A stretch of DNA of 64,000 bases, from the NCBI RefSeq assembly GCF_000143415.4, contig NW_003314322.1, forward strand, positions 373,430 to 437,429. Reading direction: 5' to 3'. Positions 13,310 through 26,532 of this stretch are shown here, one piece after another. The position numbers and the translations under genes were made by a program. A model generated the notes under the pieces. It saw only the letters and a program-made list of their open reading frames with translations. It had not been told where the DNA came from and made no database searches. The first letter of the stretch is position 1; the number at the start of each line of letters is the position of its first letter. Source of the stretch: Selaginella moellendorffii (taxonomy: Eukaryota > Plantae > Lycopodiophyta).

Positions 13310-13850
13310 TATTGTCCATTCTTGATCTTAGAGTTTGGGCCAGTATAAGTAGACTAGTTTTAGCACTTCATGTGCATGGTAAACTCTTTAGTCATGGGGT
13401 AGCTACTATCGACTAGTTATATCACCCACCTCTCTCTCGATGTTTCTTATTTTTGTTTAAAAATGGCATGACTATATAAAAAACTCTAATTGCCTATTTA
13501 CAGTAGTCTATCTAAACCTTACCAACGGGTTTGGTTTCTTTGCTTAGGACCTTTAACTTCTCTCTCTATACCACATGCAAGTAAGGGCTATCATCTTTTG
13601 TAAGTTGGGTGATACCCAGAGTAGCAAAAATTGCTAACTCTATTGGTCATTTCCTTGTCAGCGACACTGTAAAGTGTTTGAGTGTAACGCATTTGCATTA
13701 GATAGAAAGGTTGCCTCCTAACTCATTTAAGTTAATGCATTTTCACAAAGTGTGAACATCGTGAACGTTTTTTGGAGTTATTTGCATAGTAGTGTTCTAG
13801 ATTAGAGTATGCATCGACAAGAACGTAGATCTTCCCTAAGGTGGGGAGAG

Positions 13851-14959
13851 TGTTGTAAATGTGATTATGGGTATCGAAAGTTACCTATCAGCTAATCCTT
13901 TCAAATATTCCTTTTTTACTGCCACAACAGCAAGAGGTCGGTATTGTTAGACCCTTTTCAGTCTCCACTCAAGCTAGTTCAAAAATTAATCTTTGCATGT
14001 GCACTTGACCAAATGAGCATAAGAACGGAATTTCTAAGTGTTATTAGTCAAACATATTTGACCTACTTAGAGAAACTCATTTGTTGACTTGCACTTACTA
14101 GTGTTAGGAACCCTCATAATATTAAACTTGGTCCCTCAATGTTTGCCAGATGATAGCTTACTATGTCTGCCAAACACTTTTGCTATCATGTGCCATGTGT
14201 TAGTTTTGTTCAGTTCCAATTGCTATTTATGAGAAGTGTTTAGATTTGGTATTTTAGCATATTTATAGAATGTAGAGATTGTCTTGAACACAATGGTGTT
14301 AGTCTTGTGTCCAAATTCACAATCTAGTGCCATTCCATATTTAATAAGTTTTGAGTTAATCCTAGAAACTAACTTCTTGTACTAAAGGTGACTAAGGGTG
14401 AAAGCCCAAAGCATGCATTCCTCAGGGGGGCCTATAAAGGGTTTAAATATATAGTAGAGATAGTGGGTAAATCAGATATGGTCAACCAACCTAAGGTATA
14501 TCTAGCTTCTGTTTGCATGCCTATCCTTATTCTGCATTTGGCTTGGGTCTAATCCAAAGTTCCACACTATGCTAACTAGTGGAGTACCTATATCCTCACA
14601 TTAGGCCATTGGTATATTGAAATTGCACCAAACTTTGTTTGGCTCTATTTTGTATGCTAGTCTTGGCATTAAGATGTTGGATGCTCTAGGACTATTCCAA
14701 GTTGTTTCATGCTCCTGTTCCTTCACTCCTTGGGCTGTATACTTGGGAGTCATTCATACTCTAGTTCCTTCGCTCCTTGGCTCCATGCTTAAAAGTTTGG
14801 CTTATTCCTTCCTTTAGTGGCCTAAGGCCTTGAAACTTAAATTCCACTCTGCTATTGTTGGACATGTGGCATGTGGCATATAGAGGGTTTAGGTTCCACT
14901 TTATGGTTATTCTATGGTAAATTACCATAAAATAAAGGGTGAAAACCACATGCACTACA
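13851..14959 (+). mobile_element. Family C LTR (3' LTR, preceded by PPT aaggtggggagag at 13838-13850)
   Basis: TGTTGTAAAT...GCACTACA; collinear with 38287-39431 and 60366-61200; shared core at 14395-14470. Confidence 0.85.
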
Positions 14960-16335
14960 GAAACTCAATTTGGCTCAAGTCCTTAATTAACAAAGGATCC
15001 AAGCCAAAAGGAATATATGGAAAGGGGTAATTCAAAAAGAGTTTCTTTAAGAATAAATCCTTAGGTTTTTGGAGTGGGAAATCTAGTGGTTAAAAGGTAG
15101 TCACATGGCAAATATAAATAAAGAAAGAAAAACCCACCGATAAGGAGACCAAGTCTCATAATGTGGTGAAAAGTGGATATTACAATTGCAGTGAGATTGT
15201 GTAAGCCATAAATTTTTCCTTTCAATTTGCCAGTTTACCTCGTTTATCCGTCCAACATTGCCTTGGCTTTTCTTAAATTCCCTCACCAAGGTTTCTGCCT
15301 ATGGTACCAGATCCTACTTGGTCCTACTTGGTTTCAACTACTCACTACACAAGCAACGGAGTATTAGCCATCCATCCATGGATTCCCAAATCTCTTCCAA
15401 TCCCCCTCCCCAGGTTAGACTAGACTTAAGGTTCGGTTACACTCCCTGCAGGCACAAGCAGCCAAGCACACCAAGCCACCAGGTTCCTAACATCCCTTGG
15501 TACCACAAGATTTGATCATGGGACCCTCTAAATCCCAAGTCTTGGGTGCAACACTTGCTTCGGGACGTTGGGGCGAAACACCATGGCCTAACGGCCCGGT
15601 ATGGGTACCTCTACCCCCCCACTTCTATCCCAAAGGGAAGGCCCAAGCCCTTAGGAAGGGCGAGGACCAATGAGCCGCAAGGTACTCAAGTGGGGCACCA
15701 CTCCATATGAGTCGGGAGCACCGCAGTCGGTTTCCCTTTCGAGAGTGGGAGCTGCTCTTGAACACTTCCTGGGGTGGCCCCTTTGGCACCACCCAAGTCC
15801 ATGCTCACTCCCACCCAAGGCTCCTCGGCCCCAGTCTCAACCTCAAGTCAATTTGGAAGCACCACTAGAGAGTTCCTTCAAGACTGGTTCTTGGACCTCA
15901 CTATCCCTATTATACTTTTGGAACCCCCTGCAACCCTCACATGCTTTGGACTTTCACATGTCGAATGTCTTCGAATGTCTCTTTTATCCTACAACTTGTT
16001 GACCATGTCTCCGGGGGAATCCCCCCACTTAGTGGTGTGCCTAAATTAGCCTCCCTGGCCAAGAGCCCATGACAATGGAATATAGGTGTCCTTATACCCC
16101 TCACCTCACCACACCCTAGTATAGGGTCGGGGCTTGAACCCAGCCTTGCTTTACTAGGGGGTTGGGACTTGAACCCAACCTTAGTAGAATACATTTATAG
16201 ATTCGACATCCCCGCGGGGAGTCAGGCGTAGTTTCTTACACCTGGTCGACCTAGCTAACCCATGCTAATTAGCTTACCTTAAGCGCGCCTTCGGGTCCCA
16301 ATATATGCCATTGCTCAACTTCATAAATTGATACT

Positions 16336-19300
16336 TTAATTGAACTTTGCATAAGTACATAGAGTTTTGCCTTGCAGAAATTCCTCCACTAGATCTCGCG
16401 CGTTCGCTAGGTTCTCCTCCGGTTCCCATGTTGCTTCGCAGTGTGGAAATCCTTTCCACTTCACATGGAACTCTCTCACCTCACGTCCTTGTCGCTTGCT
16501 CTTGCGTGCATTGAAGATGACCTTGACTTTGTATTCCTCTTCCCCTTGGATAACCTCAAGTAAAGGTCTTACTTGGTCCTTGCGAAGTGGATCCTCAAAA
16601 TACGGCTTGAGTAAGTTCACGTGGAACACGGGGTGCATCTTCCCCAGCTCTCGAGGAAGTCAGAGACGGTAAGCCACTTTACCGATTCGAGCCTCAATCT
16701 CATAAGGCCCCGTGAACCTGCTTAAGGAACTCAAGATCAATTCATTTATAGGAATTCATGCATTTTTACCTCTAGGTCAACTTCCGGTTGATCCCACTTG
16801 GTAGCCTGAGGTTCTTGGTGTTCAGCCACACCTTCTCCCCAGCTTGGAACTCTACATCTCAGCGCTTCTGGTTCGCGTACTTAGTTTACCTTTGTTGAGC
16901 CCGTTCCAAGGAATCCCTCATTAGATTCTAAATGTTGAGTCTTTCCACCGTGAATGCCTCCACTGCGGGTAACTCTCCATGATACTCGGCCACACCGAGT
17001 TCCACAGGACCTTCAATAACTCACCCATTGATGACTTCCCGTGGACTCACCCCGATACTCGAATGTGGTGAGTTGTTATAACACATTTCCGCAAGTCCCA
17101 AATGACTTACCCAATTAGTTTGGTCCCCCGAGATATAGCATCGCAAATAATCCTCCAGCTGCCTATTCACCCTTTCTGTTTTTCCGTCTGTCAAGAAGTG
17201 TTAGTGCCATCGAACTTGACTTAATACCCATTACCTGTCAATTTGGTGCGATACTATTCCAGGAGTGTTCTTCAGAACCTACTGGTGAAGATCTTATCTT
17301 GATCTGAGATAATCTCTTCTGGCCTTCCCCACACTCAAACCACTTGTTTGAAGAATAGCTTTGCCACACGTTCCACATCCACTTCCGTTGTGGTGGGTAT
17401 GAAATGTGCCATCTTCGAAAATCAATCCAACACCACGAATATCGCATCAAACCCCTCGCTTGGGGGGAGTCCCGTGATGAAGTCCATTGTAAGACATTTC
17501 CACGGACGATTTGGAATTGGGATGCTTTGTAACAAGCCCCCACTAGCCTTAGTCATGGCTTTGACTTGCTGACATGTTGGACATGTCTTTACATAGTCTT
17601 GGACATCCTTAGCCATATCTGGCCAGTGGTACTTCCTTATGAGTAAGCCCATCGTCTTGGGCACTCTGCCGTGTCCCGCAAGAGGTCTGTCATGACACTC
17701 TTCTAAAGCTACCTTCCTGAGTTTCCCTTCTGGAACATACACCCTCGTTTGCTTGTAATATATGAGTCCGTTACGTTTCATATAGCCCCTTTTCTCTTCC
17801 GTTGGCAGCTCAGCTCTTTGGTGAGCTTCCTGTGCCTCTAGATTCCTCAGCAACACTTCTTGTGTTAGACCATTGTTCTCGTATGCGGTCCATACATCAT
17901 ACCAAAAGGTTGCTATCGCGCTGGATATCGCCAACTTCAAGCTCACTTTTCAACTTAGCGCATCTGCCACAATGTTGCTCTTCCCAGGCTTGTACAAAAT
18001 CTCGCAATCAAACTTGGCCAAAGCATTGGCCCACCAACCTTGTTTCCCTCTTAGGTCGGGTTGTGACAAGAAGTTTTTCGTTGCCACATTGTCCGTGTAA
18101 ACCTTGAAGTGTTTCCCAAGGTAGTGTCGCCACTCCTTGAGCACCTTGACCATTGCAAACAATTTCTTCTCATAGGCAAGCCACTTCTGTTGATCCTTGT
18201 CCAACTTTTTCGAGAAGAACGCTACTGGATGGTTATCTTGCTTCAAAACTGCACCCAACGCAAAGTTTGAAGCATCTGTTTCTACATTAAAGTCCTTACC
18301 AAAGTCTGGTAATGCTAACATGGGAGCCTTCCTTAACTTCCCCTTGAGATGGACAAATGCCGCCTCGCATTTTGCTGTCCATACCATTTTCCCCTTTCCC
18401 ATTTGGTCCTTTAAGGGCAGGGCTACTCTCGAATAGTGTCTGATAAACTTTTAGTAGTAGTTGCATAGCCCCAAGAATGCCCTTAACTTGTGTATATTCA
18501 ATGGTCGCTCCCAATCCTGGATCGTTTGGACCTTCTCAGGGTCCACTTTGAGCCTGTCTTTGCCCACCACATGCCCGAGAAACTTTACCTCTTGTTGAGC
18601 AAAGTCACATTTGCTCTCTTTAGTATACAGCTGGTGTTCCCTTAGTTTCTCAAACACCTTCGTCAAGTGTTCGGCATGCTCCTCTAGCATTTCGCTATAG
18701 ATCAGGATGTCGTCAATATAGATGACCACAAAGTGATCCAGATAGGGTACAAAGATGTGGTTCATCAATGCCAAAAATGTTGCCGGTGCATTGCATAGCC
18801 CAAAGGGCATCACCAGAAACTCAAAGCTCCCATACTTTATTCGACAGGTTGTCTTCTCGACATCTTCCTCTACTACCCTGATCTGGTAGTATCCTGACCT
18901 TAGGTCAATCCTTGAGAAGTATTTTGCCTTTCCCAACCTATTGAACAGGTCCTCAATCCTTGGCAAAGGGTACTTGTTCTTCTTTGAATATTTTTTGAGC
19001 AACCTATAGTCTATGCACATGCGCATAGATCCATCTTTCTTTTTCACAAATAACACTGGCGTCCTATATGGCGACTTGCTCAACCTAACATACCCTTTGT
19101 CCACAAACTCCTCTAGTTGGCACTTGAGCTCCTCGAGTTCCTTTTCGTTCAAACGATAGAGGGGACGAACCACCGCCTCGGCACCCTTGACTAGCTCAAT
19201 CTTATGTTCTATCGGTCGTGCGGGAGGCAACCCCGCCGGTAGCTCCTCTGGCATGGTATCCTGGAATTGGTCTAACACCCGCTGGATCACTAAAGGTACT

Positions 19301-19812
19301 TCTTCCATTCTTGTCTTTTTGTCACTATTCATTGAGAGTAAGCACAAAAATGCTACCTTTGTTCCTTTAGTGAGTTGTCCTCTCATAGACACCAGATTTA
19401 GGCAGGAATTTTTGGCCTTGCATTGCCCTACCTTTAGATCCTGGGCCTCCACCTTGGATCTCCTTCCTTAGGCATTCGCTAGTACCACAAGGTTCCTACC
19501 TTGTCCATGCAGGGCTACCACGAACTGATTAAACTAATCCATCCTGAAGATCATATTAAATCCCGCTATGTCCAACACGGTGAAATCCATGTCCACTTTC
19601 CATGTCCTTACTTCGACTCTCGCTTGTCGAAGTACCTCATCGGTGCTTTGGCTACCTTGAACAAACTCTATAGTCCTTGGTTCGCCCAGCTGCTGCACCG
19701 TTAGTCCGGCTTGCCGGATTATGTCTGCAGCCACAAAATTATCCGAAGCACCCATGTCAATAAGGATCTTAACAAAGCTCCAAAAACGCTCTGATACAAA
19801 ATTGTAAGCCAC
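16336..19812 (-). pseudogene. pol of the family B element: aspartic protease, RT, RNase H, integrase, chromodomain; several stops and frameshifts
   Basis: ILIDMGASDNF; [33 protein letters not shown]; ETDASNFALGAVL; HDRPLAGH..CPTCQ, MDFITGLP; EEEYKVKVI..VKWKGFPHCEATWEPEENL. Confidence 0.95.
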
Positions 19813-20599
19813 AAATTTTTCCTTTCCAATTTGTTAGCTTACCTCGTCTATCCGTCTAACACTGTTTTGGCTTTTGCTAAATTCCCTTGCCAAGGTTCCC
19901 GCCTATGGTACTAGCTCCTACTTGGTCCTACTTGGTTTCAGCTACTCACTACACAAGCAATGGAGTATTAGCCATCCATCTACGGATTCCCAAATCTCTT
20001 ATAATCCCCCTCCCCAGGTTAGACTAGACTTAAGGTTCGGCTACACTCCCCATAGACACAAGCAGTCAAGCACACCAAGCCACCAGGTTTTTAACATCCC
20101 TTGGTACCACAAGATTTGATCATGGGACCCTCTAAATCCCAAGTCTTGGGTGCAACACTTGCTTCGGGACACTGGGGCAAAACACCATGGCCTAACGGCC
20201 TAGTATGGGTACCTCTACCCCCCCACTTCCATCCCGAAGGGAAGGCCCAAGCCCTTAGGAAGGGCGATAACCAATGAGCCACAAGGTACTTAAGTACCAC
20301 TCCACATTAGCTGGGAGCACCGCAGTCGGTTTCCCTTTCGAGAGTGGGAGCTGCTCTTGAACACTTCCTGGGGTGGCCCCTCTGGCACCACCCAAGTCCA
20401 TGCTCACTCCCACCCAAGGCCCCTCGGCCCCAATCTCAACCTCAAGTCAATTTAGAAGCACCACTGGAGAGTTCCTTCAAGACTAGTTCCTGGACCTCAT
20501 TATCCCTACTATACTTTTGGAACCCCCTGCAGCGCCACCCCCCCCCCCCCCCAAAAGCATGCTTTGGGCTTTTACCCCTTGACCCGGATTAATACCCCG

Positions 20600-20790
20600 A
20601 ATCGGTCTTTAACTCCATCTCCGAACCCAATTTGGATTCCGTTTCGGACTCGATCTCGGACCCGATCTCGGACTCGACTTCGGACTCGACCTCTGACTCG
20701 GTCTCGGACCCGATCTCGAATCCCGGACTCCGTCTTGAACTCGGTCTCGAACTCGGTCTTGGACTCGATCTCAGACTTGGTCCCATCCGA
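20600..20790 (-). repeat. Degenerate 12-bp tandem repeat (GAGATCGAGTCC-like) in U3 of the family B 5' LTR
   Basis: Repeated tcggactcgatc units, related to the family A GATGGAGTCCGA array. Confidence 0.85.
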
Positions 20791-22034
20791 TGAACTCTTT
20801 GTCATTTCAGTTATGCTTTCGGAGATCCTTTAGCCTTCAACACCTTGGGGAGTTGGTTCCTTACAAATTGGTCATTTCTCAAGAGATTAGTCATTAATTT
20901 AAGGTGAAGTCTTAATTGAGGTATGTAACCTCAATCCCTAGCTCAAAGTTACTTATTACATGAGAAATTTTGGTAAAGAGTTATTTATAACATCTACTAA
21001 CCCTCTTAGGGAAACTCAAAGGTATCTTTGTTAAAATTTTAATTGACATAGGTGCAAGTGATAACTTTGTGGTTTCAAACATAACTTGGCAAGCTAGACT
21101 AACAATTCAGTGACTAAGAAAACCAACTATAGAGTTCTTTCAAGGAAGCCAAAGCACCAATATAGTACTAAGATAAACAACTATAAAAGTAGGGATGTGG
21201 AAAGTAGATATGGCTATTTTAGATATGATAGGATTTAATGTGATCTTTGGTATATATTGTTCTAATCAATTTATGGTAGCTTTACATAGATAAAGTAGAA
21301 ATTTAGTGGTATTGACAAGTACCCTTGGGAAACAATCTAAGGTGGATTCCCAAGATCTAAAGATATAGTGGAGTAAGTCCAAGACCTCTTGTTTGAACCT
21401 AATATCCACTGGAAGATAACTTATAGAATTTTTATGCTTATTCTTGATAGGAAGTGGTAAAAAGATGGGATCAAAAAAGGTGTCTTTGGTGATTCAATGA
21501 GTGTTGGACTAGTTTTGAGATACCATATATCAAAAGAATAAGACTACTTCTAGCCTAATCAATTTAACATAAGATCAAGTTAGTCAAGGGGGCCAAAGTA
21601 GTGGTTTGTCCCCCCTATTAAATAAGAAAAAGCTCAAATATCAACTTAAGGAGTTGGTTAATAAAGGGTATATTCATTTGAGCAACTTGCCATATAGGGT
21701 TTTGCTATTGCTCATAAGGAAGAAAGATAGGGCTATATGTATATGTATAGATTATTAGCAGCTTAATAAGTATATAAAAAAAGAATAAATACCTGGCAAG
21801 GATGCAAAGCTTGCCGAGTATCCAGATCGAGGCCATTCCTTGCCGTTTCCAGAGGTCGGATGATCTATTTAATAGGTTAAAAATTGTGAAACATTTCTCC
21901 CAAATTGATCTAAGCTTAGGAGACTACCAGATTAGGATAGTGAAAGAAGATGTTGAAAAACCAACCTGTCAAATAAGGTATAGAAGTTTAAATTCTTTAT
22001 GATGTCCTTGGATTATATAATGGCAACATTTTTG

Positions 22035-24580
22035 TAATGTTTCTTATGTTACAATATAGTGATTCATTGTTGTAGAAGGAAATATTCATTTTTTAAGAAG
22101 TTTATCATTGAGACATATAAACACTTAAAATATCAAGGAGGTGGTGTTTAATGTTATGAGGGCATTAGATAAAGCCCAAAGAACTAAGTCTTTAAAGTAT
22201 GATAAATGAGGTGCTATCTAAGATTCAAGGTTAATAGAAGCTAAAAACAGAGAAATTTTTTATCTAAAGTGGATAAGGCAAAAACTTTTTTGGCATTGTT
22301 AGTAATGGGTAATAAATGTCTATTCTGATATGTGGGATTACAAGTTAAGTATATCGAAATTCAGGAACCACTCTCTAAGTCAAGGAGTAGGTTTACCCTA
22401 AGAATATTTGCTTAGGTGCGAGTAGTAAGTGCATTTGCTACTTCCAAATATAATAATATGGAAAGCCTAAAGCATAGAAGTGTCCTTGTTCAACTGGATG
22501 ACAGATGAAAAATTTATAAAAAAAGAGGCCTTAACAAGCTAAAGGGTGATTTTATTCCCTCAATTTTCCAAGGGCAATTTCGAGTAAGCTAGTACTTAGG
22601 AAGTTAAATATAAATGCTTCATAAATATGTATAATTAGAGTAATATAGCAAAAGCATATTTTTTAAGCTTGCCATAAAGTGAGGCTATCAAGATTAGGGA
22701 AGTAATTCCCATATGTTCAAAGGGATGGTTTTAAACAAAAGTTGGTGTCATCAAGATAAATTAATTTAAGGACTTATATATGTTATGAACCATTTTATAT
22801 TGGCTAGGTGGTATGACAAGTTAAAGGAACAAGGTTCCCAATTCAAGATGTTAACTTTATAAAGGAAGGCCTATGAAACTAAGTATGGAGAAGGTTATAT
22901 ATGATCATATATTAATCACATAACTTGTCAAGTGAGATAACTTGCAAGGTGGGAGGAATGAGTTTCGTAAGTTGTAACTTATAGTGCATAAATGAATAAA
23001 TTTGGTGCACAAACATGGCAAGTCAAGCTAAATATTCTATGTAATTCTATCTATAGATATATATGTAAAGTTTGAGTTAGAGTCCCAAATTTTACTAGAT
23101 GCTAAAAAGGTACTAGAATACTTATTTATTGGTGGTTATAAACATTAAGAAGGTTGACTAAAGACTCTGTTTTGATAAGTATATTAGGTATTCACCTTAG
23201 TAAGTCTTGCCAACACATACCCCTATTAGCACAACAATCCAACCTTTTGACTCTTTCATGGGTCTTTTTTTGGAGAATACTTTCTTGAACTCACAATACT
23301 AGACAATTTCACCTTAAATGTCCTTTCCACTTGGTGGCCTTGACCAAGTGATACCATACTATTTATTCAAATCACTACTTTGAATTGAAAAATTTTATTC
23401 CTTCACTTAGTAAGGAGTTTGTTTTAACTAACTATAAGATCACCTTGTGATCCCATATAGATACCTCAACATATTTACCAATAAGCACTAAATTATTTTT
23501 GAGATGTTGACCAAAACCCAAAGGGCATCCCTATACTTGGCCCAAGCCAACCCTTCTAACCAATGGTGTCCATGGCAACTAAGATTATGTGCATCTTCAA
23601 TAGTATGCTCAACAAAATACCTTGATCTTATGCTGTTTGGTGAAATAACCAATGAATAGGAGCAAAAATATTAGAGCCAATCCAAATGATAAGTTAGATG
23701 GAAACCACCAATGGTGGGTGTCAACAGATATGTGGGAAATGTCATAAGCTTCCAAGGGAAGAAAAGCTTTGGTGCTTCAAATTAGAAGATTGTAGAAACT
23801 CCAAGAGATGGAACAGTAATGTAGCTAAAGAGACAATGTCATAAGTAGCTTTAGTATAGATTATGGATCTAAAATGTGATAATACTTAAACAACCTAATA
23901 AATGAGTAGAAATATAAGTTTAGGAGATCTTAAGATAAGCCCAATTAGATCAAATAATAGAATAGAGGCATTTTGGGTAGATATAACTAACTTGGAAAGA
24001 TAGGTGTAAAAGCACTAAAGTTCATGGGGTTGGATTAAAGATAAATCCAAATGAGAAAACTCTTTAGAAAGTTTAACCATCTGATGGGTAGAACTTAGTA
24101 CCTAAGTTGGTATGTGATAAATGAGAGGATGATGACATCCTCAAGTAAAGAACTTTATAAGATAAAGAAGTAGAGTGCACACAATATTAATATACATAGG
24201 AAGGTGTTAAAAAGCCCTAGGAAATTGACTTAAGGAGTCAAATATGGAGATAATAGTAATCCATGATAAGGTTACTTCAGAAAATGATGAGGACATTGAA
24301 CTTTGTCTATGGGTGGAAGAGTTGTAAAACATAAATCCCTAAGTCCTAAAATGGAGTTAAATGTGCACCATGTAGTAATGGCCAAGTCAGAAGTCCAACA
24401 CAAGTATCTTTAAGTGTTTGAAGTGGGACTTGGACACATGAAACACTTCAACCATGTGGAAAGGTAATGTGGGGTATTAACAAGTTCCATAAGTTGGGAT
24501 GAGAACCAATGGAGATTATGAATGAGAGTCCTTTAAGTGGTCAAACTGACTAAAGTAAAATAGAAAATTTGTTTGTTTAT
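22035..24580 (+). mobile_element. Decayed family A element (internal domain with an inverted segment ~23160-23600, PPT ~24303-24321, deleted LTR ~24322-24580) nested in the old B pol
   Basis: ctatgggtggaagagt-TGTAAAACATAAATCCCTA vs ctatgggtggtggagt-TGTGAGACACAAAATCCCTA; end gactaaagtaaaatagaaaattt vs 43415-43448. Confidence 0.75.
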
Positions 24581-26532
24581 ATTGGATATAGCTTAGTAAA
24601 AATGGCTTGCATATGAAAAAGAACTATTTGCAATGGTCAAAGTGCTAAAAAGAAGGAATGGCAATGCTACTTTGGAAGATACTTCAAAATATATAAAAAC
24701 AATGTCACAAAGAAACACTTCTTGTCATAGCCTAATCTATATAGAGAACAAGGTTAATGGCTTAATGCTTTGGTCAAGTTCAATCGCAAAATCCTTTACA
24801 AATTGAAGAAAAGCAATATTATGGTGGATGCTTTAAGTTGGAAAGTAAGCTTAAAGTTAGTAATATCTAATGCAATACAAGTGATGTTTGGATATCACAT
24901 AAGAATAATAAACTTGCATATGAGGTGTTGCTAAGGAATAAAAGGGCATAGGATGCTCACCAATAAATTGAGTTGCCTAGTGAAAAAAAAAATAGATTAT
25001 ATAAAATGCAATAGACTCATTTATTATAAGTAGATAAGGGTATATATTTCAAAAGGAAAACTAAGAAAGGTAACCTTAGAAAAGTGTCATGATGGACCTT
25101 TAGTAGGATATGACAAAGTGCCCAAAACAATAAGCTTACTTAAGAGGAAGTATCACTGGTTGGACATAGCCAAGGACATGCAAGATTGTGAAAACATGCT
25201 TAACATGTCAACAGATAATTAAGGCTAGTGGGGGTTTACTGTAAAGGCTCTCAATTCCTTATCATCTATAGAAATGTATTACAATGGACTTTATCATAGA
25301 ATTCCCTATAAGTGAGGGGTTTTATATGATATTTGTAATGGTGGATCAATTTTCAAAAATGGCACATACCCACCACAATAGAAGTGCATGTGGTGGACCT
25401 ATTCTTTGAATAAATAGTTTGAGTATGGGGAAGGCTAGAAGAAAATATCTTAGATTGAGATAAGCTACTCACTAGTAAGTTATAAAGAACACTTTTGGAG
25501 CAGTATTGCACCAAACTAAACTATAGTATAGGCTATCACCCATAGACATGTATTAAGTATTGAATATAATCATATTAATAGTAATAATTCTTGACAAAGG
25601 GTGAATAGTCAACTAGAGGATTATTTGTGATGTTATGTCTTTAGAAACTAGATAGATTGAGTAAGACATTTGGAACTAGTGAAAATGTTTTATAACAACT
25701 CAACATTTGAGTACCATGGTGAGTCTGTAGGAAATCATTAATAGATAAATTATTAAAGGTTCTATATAACTTAGCATGACCAAGTATCATGGAGAGTTAC
25801 CCATAGTGGAGGCATTCATGCTGTAAAGGTTCAATATTTAAAACTTGGTGAAAAATTCCTTAGAAAGGGTTTAACAGAGGCATACCAAATATATGAATCA
25901 AAAGCATAGGGATATAGAGTTCAATTTTAGGAGAAGGTATGGTTGAACACTAAAAACCTAAGATTACCAAGTAAGATAAACCAAAAATTGACCCAAAGGT
26001 AAAATGCATATAATCCTAGAATGAAGTGATCATTCAAGCCTCAATCTCATAGGTTGCAAACTTGCTTATAGAGCTTAATAGGGTGGCCTACCATCTCAAA
26101 ATTCCTCAATAATGTAAACTTATTTAAGCCATACTTTGAGGACCTACTTCATAAAGACCAAGTGAAGACCCTTACCTAAGGTTATTCAAGGGGAGGAGGA
26201 ATATAAAGTGAAGGCATTTCTTACTATGTGCAAGAGCAAGTTACAAAAATGCAAGGTGGAAATGGAAAGAGTTTTCACTTTGTGAGGCATAGGAACCAAA
26301 GGAGAATCTAATGAATTCTCAAGATCTAGTGGAGGAGTTTTTATAAGATATAACTCAATATATTTATGAAAATTTTTATTAAGAAAATCAATATCCAAAA
26401 TTGAGGTTTATCCTAAGTGGTGTCACTAGGCATATTAAAGGTAAAGCAATACCTCTGTAAACAACCAAAGAGAATGATTTGAGAGACGATCCATGGGTTA
26501 AATATATGAACAAAAGTGCACCCACTTTTTTA

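Larger units (their letters stand above)
15200..20865 (-). mobile_element. Gag-less family B chromovirus (Ty3/Gypsy): 5' LTR 19803-20865, PBS 19788-19799, pol, 3' LTR 15200-~15960
   Basis: TG..CA ends; near-TSD GATTG (15195-15199)/AATTG (20866-20870); PBS T(T)GTATCAGAGC of tRNA-Met(i) type; the LTRs align over ~750 bp. Confidence 0.9.
14960..26455 (+). pseudogene. Old, heavily mutated family B chromovirus gag-pol, split by nested insertions: gag knuckle 15170-15199 + 20866-20895, PR ~21000-21300, RT ~21560-22033, RH ~24581-24850, INT ~25000-26170, chromodomain ~26190-26350
   Basis: Rejoined YNCSEIGHFSRD knuckle; IFVKILIDIGASDNFV; FSQIDLSLGDYQIRI; KWLAYEKELFAMVKVLK; GEEEYKVK; collinear with the reverse complement of 16336-19780; many stops. 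Confidence 0.85.
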
